Source of the DNA: Pyrinomonadaceae bacterium | GTDB taxonomy: Bacteria; Acidobacteriota; Blastocatellia; Pyrinomonadales; Pyrinomonadaceae | NCBI GenBank assembly: GCA_036388915.1 | Contig: DASVQX010000033.1 | Location: 4,755-68,754, forward strand | DNA length: 64,000 nt | Reading direction: 5' to 3' | Part shown: one piece after another, positions 7,541-15,812 of the stretch | Layout of the letters: every line of letters begins with the position of its first letter | Numbering within the stretch: position 1 is the stretch's first letter | Notes under the pieces: model-generated | What the model was told of the DNA's origin: nothing | Seen by the model: only the letters and a program-made list of their open reading frames with translations | Databases searched by the model: none | Translations under genes and position numbers: made by a program

Positions 7541-10321
7541 TTACCTGAGGCCCTGGCCGATCTGCTCGGTGCCGAAGGTGCCGATGCCGTTGAGGCGGAA
7601 GCTGAAGACGACGCGGTTCTCGTTGCGGAGGCCGACGTTGAAGGTGAAGTACTGTGCGACGACGGCGCAGCAGTCCCACGCGTGGCCGAGCGTGACGGTC
7701 GAGCTGATGAGCGACGAGCTGCCCTTGCCCGGACGGTTCTGGAAGTCGAAGAAGAAGCTGGCGCCGCCGAACAGCCCGCGGTTGCGGTCGCCGACGAAGA
7801 CCGACGGGCTCCACTGCGACCCTTGCAGCGTCCCCGGCTCGTTGCCGCGCAGGTCGCTGAACTGCCGGAGCGAGGGCGCGAGCGTGACGGCGCGCGTGTA
7901 GTAAAAAGTCTGGAAGGCTTCTATCGCGCGGAGCACGGGCGCGCGGCGCCGGACGCCGAAACTCACGGCGAGGTCGCGCAGGCCGCCGCCCTCGCCGAGC
8001 GTGTCGATGTCCGTGCGCACGTCGGCGAAGAGTTCCGAGTCGGCGCGCGTCGGCGTCCGCAGGCGCGCCTCGACGTTCAAGGGCGAGAAGCGGCGCGCCA
8101 CGCCGCCGTAGGTGAAGCCCGAGAAGGTGTTCAAGGGGTAGAACTGGTTGCGGCGGCCGGAGACGAGCGCGCCGCCGAAGCTCGGGTCGAAGAAGTACTT
8201 CTGCCGCACGGTGACCGACAGGAACTCGAAGGGCTGGCGCGTGAGCGGCGACTGGCTGTTCTTCAGCGCCGTGAGCTGGCCGCTGACGCGCGTGTTCTTC
8301 GGCACCGGCGACTGCGCGTCCTCGCCCGCCTCCGCCTCCGCCTTCTTCTCAGCCTCACGCGCGGCCCGACGCTCCGCCTCGGTCTGGCGGCCGGACTCAC
8401 CCGCCGTCCGCTGCCCCGCGTCCTCCGGCTGCACGCGCCCGTCGGCCGCCGCCCTCGCGTTCGCGCGCCCGACGCTCTCGGCCGAGCGGCGGAGGAAGAA
8501 GCGATTGGTGACGCCGTACTCGATCTCGTTGGTGTCGGCGACGGCCTCGACCTCGTCGAAGCGGATGAGCTTGTGAAAGTTCGAGATGCCGCCGATGACG
8601 CGGTAGGTCATGTACGGCTCGACGACGTGGCGGAACCAGAAGGAGCCGTCGCCGCGCCGGAAGTTGCGCGCCAGGGCGGGCGGGCGCACGTCGAGGCTGA
8701 ACTCGCCGTAGCCGCGCAGCACGTCCTTGGGGAGCACGACGCGCGTCAGCGGGTCGATGGAGTTCGAGTAGAAGGTGCCCCGCACGCCCGCGGTCGCCGT
8801 CACGCCCCAGCCGCCGAACGAGAGCGGCAGCGTCGCCTCCGGGTGGAAGTCGAGCCGCTGGACGATGGACGGCGTGATGATCGGGTTCTGGTTCCCCTCG
8901 GCCAGAAACGTCGCCAGGTCTTCGACCGTCTCCTTGCGGCTCACGCCCTCGACGCCGCTCTCGAACGAGAAGTAGACCGGCAGCCTGTCCTTCAGCCAGG
9001 AGACGAGACCCGGCCGCTTCTCGAAGGAGATGCCGGGAAGGCTCCGCGTGCGGACGCGCACCGAGGGGATCGAGGTGACCTGCGTGCGCGCGATGAAGTT
9101 GAAGGAGTAGCTGTCGAAGTTCTTGTTGACGAAGACCTGCGAGCGCTCCTCGGGCGAGATGGCGAGCTGGATCGAGTCGGAGAAGATTTGCCGGAACGCG
9201 AGGTTCGACGTGATGTTGACGTCGGCGGCGGCGAGAAAGCCGTTGGGGAAGTAGTGGACGCCGTCCGCGTAGAAGCTCGACCCGCCCTGGTCGGGGTGCG
9301 CCGCGTCCTCCTTGGGCCCGAGCACGCGATCCTTGACCGTGTAGAAGCCGAGGTTGAGGAACGAGCGCGAGTTGGCGCGCGTCCGCAGGTCGGCGCCGAA
9401 GCCGATGCCGCGCTTGGTGTAGATGTCGTTGCGGAAAGTCAGGTCGGCCGAGCGCCCGAGCGTCTGGTAGTAGGCGTTCGAGAGCCGGAAGCCCTTCTGC
9501 CCCGAGCCGGAGAAGGTCGGGGTGAGAAAGCCCGAGGCGCGGTCGCGCTGCTTGAGGGAGACGGTGGCGTAGGGGAGCCAGAAGACCGGCACGCCCTTGA
9601 CGAGCAGGCGCGGCTTGGAGAGCTTGACGCGGTCGGCGAGCTTGATGGTGGCGCGCGCCGTCTTGAAGCTCCACTTGGGCACCTCGTCGTCGCCGCAGGC
9701 GGTGACCTCGCCGTTGATGATGACGATCTTGTCGCCCGAGACCTTCTCGACGCGGTCGGCCGTGAAGTACATGATCGTGCCGTCCTGCGTCTGGTTGGTG
9801 AAGCCGGTCGAGTTCTCGAAGAAGCCCGTCTTCGTCCGGTAGTCCCACTCGGCGCGCGACCCCGTGATGCGCTGGAACTCGCCCTGATCGAAGACGACGT
9901 TGCCCTCGGCGACGACGCGGCTCTTGCCCTCGAAGTCGGTCACCTTGTCGGCCTGGAGGCGGTAGATGCCGACGCGGATGTCAACGTTCCCCTCGTAGAC
10001 GACGACGCGCGCGCCCTCGGGGCCCGAACCCTCCTGGCGGTCGGCGCGGATGTCGAGTTCGTCGGTCGGCTGAGCGCCCTGCGTGCCCTCGGGGCGGCGG
10101 CGCGGGCGCGCGCGGACGGGCTGATCCTGCGTGAGCGGGTTGACGTTGGGCGTGTCGGTGATGGGGTTCTCGACCTTGCGGTCTACGGGGTTGGTCTGCT
10201 GCTGCGCGCGCGCGCCGCCCGCCGAAAACAGCGAGACGGCGGCGCAGACGAGCACGAGCAACGTCAGCGCACGGCGCTTTGTGTGTTGAGGAAATCGAGC
10301 GCGCAAGAGTTTGAGCCGCAA
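7541..10321 (-). CDS. lptD: LPS-assembly outer-membrane protein LptD (OstA N-terminal domain plus beta-barrel)
   Basis: 926-aa ORF with TTG start and signal peptide. OstA-like segment VVYEGNVDIRVGIYRLQADKV..AEGNVVFDQG, and an LptD-type core ACGDDEVPKWSFKTARATIKL..VPVFWLPYATVSLKQRDRASGFLTP. The C-terminal half has beta-barrel-like alternation. Confidence 0.85.
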   Translation of the reverse strand: MRLKLLRARFPQHTKRRALTLLVLVCAAVSLFSAGGARAQQQTNPVDRKVENPITDTPNVNPLTQDQPVRARPRRRPEGTQGAQPTDELDIRADRQEGSGPEGARVVVYEGNVDIRVGIYRLQADKVTDFEGKSRVVAEGNVVFDQGEFQRITGSRAEWDYRTKTGFFENSTGFTNQTQDGTIMYFTADRVEKVSGDKIVIINGEVTACGDDEVPKWSFKTARATIKLADRVKLSKPRLLVKGVPVFWLPYATVSLKQRDRASGFLTPTFSGSGQKGFRLSNAYYQTLGRSADLTFRNDIYTKRGIGFGADLRTRANSRSFLNLGFYTVKDRVLGPKEDAAHPDQGGSSFYADGVHYFPNGFLAAADVNITSNLAFRQIFSDSIQLAISPEERSQVFVNKNFDSYSFNFIARTQVTSIPSVRVRTRSLPGISFEKRPGLVSWLKDRLPVYFSFESGVEGVSRKETVEDLATFLAEGNQNPIITPSIVQRLDFHPEATLPLSFGGWGVTATAGVRGTFYSNSIDPLTRVVLPKDVLRGYGEFSLDVRPPALARNFRRGDGSFWFRHVVEPYMTYRVIGGISNFHKLIRFDEVEAVADTNEIEYGVTNRFFLRRSAESVGRANARAAADGRVQPEDAGQRTAGESGRQTEAERRAAREAEKKAEAEAGEDAQSPVPKNTRVSGQLTALKNSQSPLTRQPFEFLSVTVRQKYFFDPSFGGALVSGRRNQFYPLNTFSGFTYGGVARRFSPLNVEARLRTPTRADSELFADVRTDIDTLGEGGGLRDLAVSFGVRRRAPVLRAIEAFQTFYYTRAVTLAPSLRQFSDLRGNEPGTLQGSQWSPSVFVGDRNRGLFGGASFFFDFQNRPGKGSSSLISSTVTLGHAWDCCAVVAQYFTFNVGLRNENRVVFSFRLNGIGTFGTEQIGQGLR

Positions 10322-10373
10322 GCCTCCCGGAGACGAAACGCGCCGATGCTAACACGCGCCTCGCGCGCAGGGC

Positions 10374-10457
10374 AAAGGATGAGGGCGGGAGGACGAAGGA
10401 TGAAGTAAAAGCCTTCCCGCATTCACTTCATCCTTCGTCCTCCCGCCCTCATCCTTT
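10374..10457. repeat. Hairpin element, family B copy 2 (perfect 33-bp stem)
   Basis: aaaggatgagggcgggaggacgaaggatgaagt (10374-10406) is the exact reverse complement of 10425-10457. The loop is 18 nt. It sits between the stop of the 10460 gene and the lptD start. Confidence 0.85.
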
Positions 10458-10459
10458 CC

Positions 10460-11482
10460 TCAGGCGCGGCGCCAGCCGAGGCGGTAGCGGGCGGTGAGCG
10501 CGAGGCCGAGGCTTAAGACGACGAGGCCGAGGACGAGGAAGGGCCAGACGTAGGGGAGCGCGAGCACGAGCGCCCAGAAGGCCGCGCCGAGAAGGAGCGC
10601 GACCGACTCGCTGCGACGGCTCTCCGAGAGGAAGAGCCGCTGGAGCCAGCGCCCCGTCGCGGCGTGGATGACGACGCGGCCGAAGAGGTAGGAGAGCAGG
10701 ACGAGCAGCAGCGCCGTCACCCCGACGAGCGCGCCGACGGCCGGCGGCAGGAACCTCAGCGCCGCCGTCACGCCCGGCCCCATCACGAGCGCGCCGACCA
10801 GCCCGATGGCCAGGACGTGCCGGAACGTCAACTGCAAACGCGCCGCCGCGCGCGCCACCGCGCCGGGCGAGACGGCCGTCAGCGCCACCGACGCCACGAA
10901 CCAGAAGAGCACCGCCAGCAGGCGCAGCCCCAAAAACTTCAGCGACAGCTCGGGAGCGAGCAAGCTGGCGGGGTTGCGCGCGAGTCCGCGCAACTCCTGC
11001 TCGTAGCCGGCGACCATGACGGTCTTCCCGCCCTCGCTCCGCCCCGCCCCCTCTTCGCGGCGGTACGTGCCGCCGAAGATCATCACGTCGCCGCCGATGT
11101 GCGAGCCGCCGAGTTGGATGACCGAGCCGCCGATGGCCGCCGCGTCGCCCTCGACGCGCCCCTCGACGATCACGTCGCCGCCGAAGGCGATGACGCCGCG
11201 CACGTCGCCGCGCACGCGCACGCTCCGCCCCATCCCGAACACGTCGCCCGCCTGCCGCCCATCGACGACCAGCTCGTCGCTCGGCTTCACGTCCTGCGCG
11301 TTGCAGACGACGACGGCGGCGAGCAGCAGGAGGAGCGTCAGGACGGCTTTCTTGAGAGGGAGCGAGTCGAGTTTTGGAAACGAGGTTTGGGAGTCGAGGG
11401 CTTCGAGTTCACCGCGGAGGCGCGGAGGGTGCGCGGAGGGGTGCGCGACGGCAAGCTCGAAATTTGAAATTTGAAATCTCAA
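10460..11482 (-). CDS. Membrane protein with bactofilin-like (polymer-forming) repeat domain and C-terminal TM bundle
   Basis: 340-aa ORF with a hydrophobic anchor LTLLLLLAAVVVC. It has DVxG/GDV-rich repeats (VRVRGDVRGVIAFGGDVIVEGRVEGDAAAIGGSVIQLGGSHIGGDVMIFGG), then about 5 hydrophobic segments. The only in-frame ATG/GTG/TTG upstream of the anchor is TTG at 11482, inside repeat E1, so the start is uncertain. Confidence 0.6.
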   Translation of the reverse strand: MRFQISNFELAVAHPSAHPPRLRGELEALDSQTSFPKLDSLPLKKAVLTLLLLLAAVVVCNAQDVKPSDELVVDGRQAGDVFGMGRSVRVRGDVRGVIAFGGDVIVEGRVEGDAAAIGGSVIQLGGSHIGGDVMIFGGTYRREEGAGRSEGGKTVMVAGYEQELRGLARNPASLLAPELSLKFLGLRLLAVLFWFVASVALTAVSPGAVARAAARLQLTFRHVLAIGLVGALVMGPGVTAALRFLPPAVGALVGVTALLLVLLSYLFGRVVIHAATGRWLQRLFLSESRRSESVALLLGAAFWALVLALPYVWPFLVLGLVVLSLGLALTARYRLGWRRA

Positions 11483-11485
11483 ACC
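11458..11485. repeat. AT-rich heptamer repeat, family E copy 1
   Basis: cgaaatttgaaatttgaaatctcaaacc. It shares the 12-mer aaatctcaaacc with copy 3 (51112-51141). Confidence 0.6.
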
Positions 11486-11599
11486 GTCTGCGCCCCTTCT
11501 CCCGGCCCCTGATGCACCAAGCGGCCAGCGCCCGTCCCTCCGGCGAGTGACGCGGGCTGGCCGCGAGGGCCATGCGGCTCGGCCTCCCGAAATCCTTTT

Positions 11600-12193
11600 T
11601 CAGTCGCGCGTGGCCGCGCGGTGGTAGCCGCTGATGAGCCGCAGCAGCAGCAACAGCCCGGCGGCGAGCAGCACGCCCAGGATCAACGGCGACGCCACAC
11701 CCGAGACGACGCGCGTCGCGACCGCCCTCAGCACCACGCCCGCGCCCGCGCCCGCGTCCGCCGACGCGCGCCCCGCGACGCCCAGCATCCCCGAGGCGGC
11801 GCCCGCCGCGCGCAGCGCCGGCCCCGTCACCGCGTCGAGCGCGGCGAAGCCCAGCAGCGCGAAGGCCGCGAGCCCGAGCGCGGCGCAAATCTTCAGCACC
11901 CGCCGCCGCTCGCGCGCGTCGCGCACGCCGCTCAGGTCGTTCTGCGCGCGCGCCTTCAACTGGCGTGTGAACCCTTCGGGAAGCTCGACGCGCTTTTCAA
12001 AAGTCCGGTCGAAGGCCGAGTCGAGCAGGCACAGCAGGCGCCGCTGTTCGAGGAGCGCCGACGCGCAGGCCGCGCACCCGCGCGCGTGCGCGTCGAACTC
12101 CGCGGCGGCCGACGGCTCCAACTCGCCGTCGAGGTAGGCGGCCGTCAAGCTCGTCCGCGGGCACTCAAGCCCTTCTCGCGCGCCTTCAGCCAT
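11600..12193 (-). CDS. Anti-sigma factor (zf-HC2 type), single-pass membrane
   Basis: N-terminal CPRTSLTAAYLDGELEPSAAAEFDAHARGCAACASAL (H-x3-C-x2-C putative zinc finger) plus C-terminal hydrophobic segments. It starts 9 nt after the ECF sigma gene. Confidence 0.75.
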   Translation of the reverse strand: MAEGAREGLECPRTSLTAAYLDGELEPSAAAEFDAHARGCAACASALLEQRRLLCLLDSAFDRTFEKRVELPEGFTRQLKARAQNDLSGVRDARERRRVLKICAALGLAAFALLGFAALDAVTGPALRAAGAASGMLGVAGRASADAGAGAGVVLRAVATRVVSGVASPLILGVLLAAGLLLLLRLISGYHRAATRD

Positions 12194-12202
12194 CGCCCAC
12201 CT

Positions 12203-12808
12203 TCAGACCCCCGTGATGCCCCGCGCCACCAAAAGCTCGCGCATCGCCTCGCGCGCGCGGAAGATTCTGTTCTTGACTGTGCCGAGCGGGAGTCCGGTCA
12301 CCTCGGCGATCTCGTCGTAGCTGAGGTCGTGCGAGTGCCGGAGCACGATCAGCTCGCGGTAGGCGGGCGTCAACTGCGCGACGACCTCCTCGATCTCCGC
12401 GCGCCGCTCGCCGCGCTCGGTCTCCTGCTCGGGCGTCGGCGACTTCGACGCCAGCGGCTTCTCGAAGGTCACGCCGCCCTCGCCCACCACCTCCATCTCC
12501 TCGGTGCGCGAGGCGCCCTGCCGGCGCAGGTGGTCGATGGCCGCGTTGTGCGCAATGCGGTAAATCCAGGTCGAGAACTTGAACTCTGGGCGGTAGCGCC
12601 CGAGCGAGTTGTAGACCTTGATGAAGACCTCCTGCGCGAGGTCGAGCGCCGAGTCGTAGTCGCCGACCATGCGGTAGACGTAGGCGACGATGGGGCGCTG
12701 GTAGCGGCGCACCAGCTCCTCAAAGCCGTCCTCGCGACCCGAGAGGGCGCGTACGACCAGCTCGGCGTCGCCGGCGGCGTTTGTCAGGGAAACAGCGTTT
12801 GCGTTCAT
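12203..12808 (-). CDS. ECF-type RNA polymerase sigma-70 family factor
   Basis: Region 2 is ELVRRYQRPIVAYVYRMVGDYDSALDLAQEVFIKVY..FSTWIYRIAHNAAIDHLRR. Region 4 is LIVLRHSHDLSYDEIAEVTGLPLGTVKNRIFRAREAM. Confidence 0.9.
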   Translation of the reverse strand: MNANAVSLTNAAGDAELVVRALSGREDGFEELVRRYQRPIVAYVYRMVGDYDSALDLAQEVFIKVYNSLGRYRPEFKFSTWIYRIAHNAAIDHLRRQGASRTEEMEVVGEGGVTFEKPLASKSPTPEQETERGERRAEIEEVVAQLTPAYRELIVLRHSHDLSYDEIAEVTGLPLGTVKNRIFRAREAMRELLVARGITGV

Positions 12809-12820
12809 GACGCCAAAGTT

Positions 12821-12848
12821 TTACGCGCCGGGCGCGTGCAAAGTTTCA
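12821..12848 (-). promoter_or_regulatory. Candidate ECF-type promoter (TGAAAC-N17-CGTAA) for the sigma gene
   Basis: The minus strand reads gcTGAAACtttgcacgcgcccggcgCGTAAaactttggcgtcATG. The -10 ends 12 nt before the ATG and there is no Shine-Dalgarno. Confidence 0.35.
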
Positions 12849-13460
12849 GCGGCGGCCCGGCGCGGCCGCGGCGGGGGCGGGCTTCGAGAGGGCGAGCGCC
12901 TTCTCAACGCCGGCGCGAATCATCTCGGGGACGCGCGGGTTGTAGCCGCGGACGTGGAGCACGATCTGCCCGTCGGCGGCCACGACGAAGGTCTGCGGCA
13001 GCGAGTAGAGGCCGGGGCGCGGCGGCGTCGAGCGCGGCGGCCCCCAGGAAGTCATCAGGCGCGCCGTCTCCTTATCTATCCAGCCGAGCCTGTAGCTCAC
13101 GCGCAGCTCGCGCGCGAACCCGCGCACCCTCTCCAGGTCACGCTCTGGGTCTTCGGTCGTCAGCCCGACGACCTCGACGCCGCGCCGCGCGTACTCTTCG
13201 CGGAGCTTGTTTATCTCCGGGGTCTCCACACGGCACGGCCCGCACCACGTCGCCCAGAGGTTGAGGACGTAGACGCGCCCGCCGAAGTCGGACAGGCGGA
13301 AGGCGCGCCCGTCCAGGTCCTTGAACTCGCGGCCGGTGATCTCCTCGGGCATGAACTTGGGCGCGCCGACGTGGGCGACGGCGGCGGGCGGCGGCGTCTG
13401 CGCGCGCGCGCCGGCGGCGGCGAGCAGGGCGGCCAGCGTTAAGAGCAGGACTGGTCTCAT
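12846..13460 (-). CDS. Periplasmic thiol-disulfide oxidoreductase, TlpA/ResA-like thioredoxin
   Basis: Internal ATG (13458-13460) gives signal peptide MRPVLLLTLAALLAAAGARAQ and active site WATWCGPC. The longer track ORF (to 13931) has an Arg-rich, non-protein-like N-terminal extension overlapping the PilM-like gene. Confidence 0.85.
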   Translation of the reverse strand: MRPVLLLTLAALLAAAGARAQTPPPAAVAHVGAPKFMPEEITGREFKDLDGRAFRLSDFGGRVYVLNLWATWCGPCRVETPEINKLREEYARRGVEVVGLTTEDPERDLERVRGFARELRVSYRLGWIDKETARLMTSWGPPRSTPPRPGLYSLPQTFVVAADGQIVLHVRGYNPRVPEMIRAGVEKALALSKPAPAAAAPGRR

Positions 13461-13462
13461 CG

Positions 13463-14476
13463 TCAGGCCCAGGAGAGCGCGGCGAGGCCGGCGGGCGCGG
13501 CGATCTGCCGGAAGTCGAGCTCGCTCGAAGGGAAGGCGAGGCGCAGGTCGGCGGGCTGGACGGGGCGCGGCGTCGCGCTCAACGTCTCTTCGACGATGGC
13601 GCTCGCCTGCGACTCGTCTATCCCGGTGCCCGCGACCAGCATCCGGGCGATGCCCTCGCCGAAGGCGGGCGGCGGCGGGGGCGACGGCGCCTCCGTCAAG
13701 TCGTCGGCGCCGTCGGGCGCCTGCGGCGAGTTGCGGTCGCGGTAGAAGAGCAGGAAGCGGTAAAGCTCGTCGGCGCGGTCTTCGGTCTCGCAGATGACGG
13801 CGCGCACGTAGAGCGGCGCGCCGCCGCGCATGATGACGGCGGTGAACCCTTCGGCGTGCGAGCTTACCAAGAGCGAGTCGGACGCGCCGGAGGCCGACGG
13901 CGCCCCGCCGCCGTCGCGCATCAGCCACCAAGCCTCGCCCATGTGGCGCGGCAGCACCAGCCCGGTCTGCCAGCCGAGCGCCGCGAAGACCTGGTCGTAC
14001 TCGGCGAGCACCGTGAGGCGGACGGCCGCGACGAGGTGGCGCGCGCGCCCCTGCGCGTCGGGCCGCAGGCGCTCGCGCGAGACGCGCAGCTCGTCGAGCG
14101 GCGCGCCCAGCGCGCGCTCGGTCTTCCAGCGCAGCATCTCCTCGGCCTCGGCGCGCGAGGCCGGCGCGGTCTCCATCGTCAGAATCGAGGTGCGGGTCGA
14201 AGCCTCGGGAAGCCCCACCGACCAGCGCCTGCGGCGCGCGAGGCCCGCGCTCGTCAGCAGTTCCGAGAGCGCCCCGGCCAACTCGGACGCGTCCGCGACG
14301 TTCGGCTCGTCGAAGCTCGGGCGCACCAGCCCCGGCGGGAGCGGGAGCAGGCCGGCGCTGCGCACGGCGAGACCGCCGCCCCGCCGCTCAAGCTGGACGA
14401 CGCTCGCCGCTTCGCCCGAGAGCGCCACGGCCGCCTGCGGCAGTCGCGGCGAGATTAGTCTTTGGAAAGGGTTCAT
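13463..14476 (-). CDS. PilM-like (actin-fold) type IV filament / T2SS assembly protein
   Basis: From MNPFQRL (ATG 14474-14476). The PilM_2-like pattern is AAVALSGEAASVVQLERRGGG..LPLPPGLVRPSFDEPNVAD..ELAGALSELL..VGLPEASTRTSILTMETAP..EAEEMLRWKTE. There is no TM segment. The upstream M in the track lies inside repeat A2. Confidence 0.65.
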   Translation of the reverse strand: MNPFQRLISPRLPQAAVALSGEAASVVQLERRGGGLAVRSAGLLPLPPGLVRPSFDEPNVADASELAGALSELLTSAGLARRRRWSVGLPEASTRTSILTMETAPASRAEAEEMLRWKTERALGAPLDELRVSRERLRPDAQGRARHLVAAVRLTVLAEYDQVFAALGWQTGLVLPRHMGEAWWLMRDGGGAPSASGASDSLLVSSHAEGFTAVIMRGGAPLYVRAVICETEDRADELYRFLLFYRDRNSPQAPDGADDLTEAPSPPPPPAFGEGIARMLVAGTGIDESQASAIVEETLSATPRPVQPADLRLAFPSSELDFRQIAAPAGLAALSWA

Positions 14477-14484
14477 GTTTGAGT

Positions 14485-14602
<118 letters not shown>

Positions 14603-14605
14603 CCG

Positions 14606-15028
14606 TCACCATTCGGTGTAGGGCCGGCCGTCGGAGCCGGTGCCGTCGGCGTTGCTGAAGACGTTGACGATGCCGGACTCGCCGGTGGTCGAGCCGGGGT
14701 CTTCGCCCGACTCGGTGCGCCAGTCGGCCTGCTCGGTGAACGGGTCGATGGGCACATCGTGGATGTAGCCGGCGGCCTTGAGGTCGTCGAGCGACTGCGG
14801 CAGCTTCGCCTTGTCGGCGGCGTACTGGTCGATCATCCGGCGCATCGTGTAGAGGTCTTCCCTGAGCGTCGCCTCCTTGGCCGCCTGCACCGTCTTGTTG
14901 TACTGCGACATCGCGATGAGCGCCAGGATGACCAGAATCGAGATGACGATCATCAGCTCCAACAGCGTGAAGCCCCGCGCGCCGCGCGAGTAGGCGAACG
15001 CCTTTTGTCTTAGCGACCTACCACTCAC
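14606..15028 (-). CDS. gspG: Type II secretion major pseudopilin GspG-like
   Basis: Prepilin leader and cleavage site ..SRGARG|FTLLELMIVISILVILALIA. GspG-like body QAAKEATLREDLYTMRRMIDQYAADKAKLPQSLDDLKAAGYIHDVPIDPFT. Confidence 0.85.
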   Translation of the reverse strand: MSGRSLRQKAFAYSRGARGFTLLELMIVISILVILALIAMSQYNKTVQAAKEATLREDLYTMRRMIDQYAADKAKLPQSLDDLKAAGYIHDVPIDPFTEQADWRTESGEDPGSTTGESGIVNVFSNADGTGSDGRPYTEW

Positions 15029-15809
15029 TGTATTTCTCTTTCCCGTTGAGCGCCGTCGCGTCCGACTTCGAGCGCACGTCGAAGAGGCTGGGCGGGCTTG
15101 AAGAGCAGCCCGCGTCCGCCTCGTCGTACTGCGAGAGCAGGCACCACTCGGCGCGCCCGGTCATCGGGTCCACGGGCACCTCGCGCAGGTAGCGCTTCTT
15201 CTTCGGGACGGGCACGGAGTTGGCCGTCGCCCCGCCGCGCGAGGTGTCCACGCTGCCGAGCGGGCTCGGCCCGCCCGCGCCGGGGCGCGGCAGCACGTCC
15301 ACGCCCTCGACGAGCGTCTCAAGGCTGGGCGGGTAGCGCTCGGGGTTGTCCACGCCGAAGATCGTGCAGTCGGAGATGTAGACGCGGCTGCGCGGGTCGA
15401 GCGGGGGGGCGGCGCCGCCGCCGGCGCCCCCTGCGCCCCCTGCGCCCCCTGCGCCCCCTGCGCCGCCGCCGGGCAAGGACGGAACGACGGCGCCGACGCC
15501 GCCCCCCGCGCCCGCGCACGGCATCCCGATCGTGTCGCGGTGGAACTCGTCGATGGCGCCGCGCATCTGGCGCAGCACCTCGCGCAGGCGCTGCTCGCGC
15601 TGGCGGCGGACGGCGGTGCGCATGATGGGGATGACCGCAATCGACAGCACCGCCATCACCGTCATCGTGATGACCAGCTCGATGAGCGTCCACCCGGCGG
15701 CGGGCTTCGGGGTCAGGCGAAAGTGTTCAGGCGGAAGGGGGCGAGACTCCGTCCCCTCCCCCTTCCGCCTGAACACTTCTCCCGCAAGTCTCATCACGTC
15801 CCTCTTCAC
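15018..15809 (-). CDS. Prepilin-type pseudopilin with Gly/Ala-rich insertion
   Basis: Methylation motif KPAAG|WTLIELVITMTVMAVLSIAV followed by a GspG-like helix REVLRQMRGAIDEFHRD. It carries a low-complexity insert GGGAGGAGGAGGAGGAGGG. The leader is unusually long, so the start is uncertain. It overlaps the gspG start by 11 nt. Confidence 0.7.
   Translation of the reverse strand: MKRDVMRLAGEVFRRKGEGTESRPLPPEHFRLTPKPAAGWTLIELVITMTVMAVLSIAVIPIMRTAVRRQREQRLREVLRQMRGAIDEFHRDTIGMPCAGAGGGVGAVVPSLPGGGAGGAGGAGGAGGAGGGAAPPLDPRSRVYISDCTIFGVDNPERYPPSLETLVEGVDVLPRPGAGGPSPLGSVDTSRGGATANSVPVPKKKRYLREVPVDPMTGRAEWCLLSQYDEADAGCSSSPPSLFDVRSKSDATALNGKEKYSEW
15424..15459. repeat. Perfect 9-bp tandem repeat (gcgccccct x4) inside the pseudopilin gene
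   Basis: Four exact head-to-tail copies at 15424-15432, 15433-15441, 15442-15450 and 15451-15459. They encode the (GGA)n insert in frame. Confidence 0.9.
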
Positions 15810-15812
15810 GCC

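Noticed and set aside
7682-10408. 908-aa plus-strand ORF antisense to lptD
   Set aside because: Same Arg/Ala-rich shadow composition. The opposite strand encodes a well-supported LptD.
12846-13931. Long form (361 aa) of the thioredoxin ORF; likewise 21771-22118 of the vWA ORF and 28284-28610 of the Fe-permease ORF
   Set aside because: The N-terminal extensions are Arg-rich and overlap better-supported neighbours. Internal starts give proper signal peptides and an RBS.
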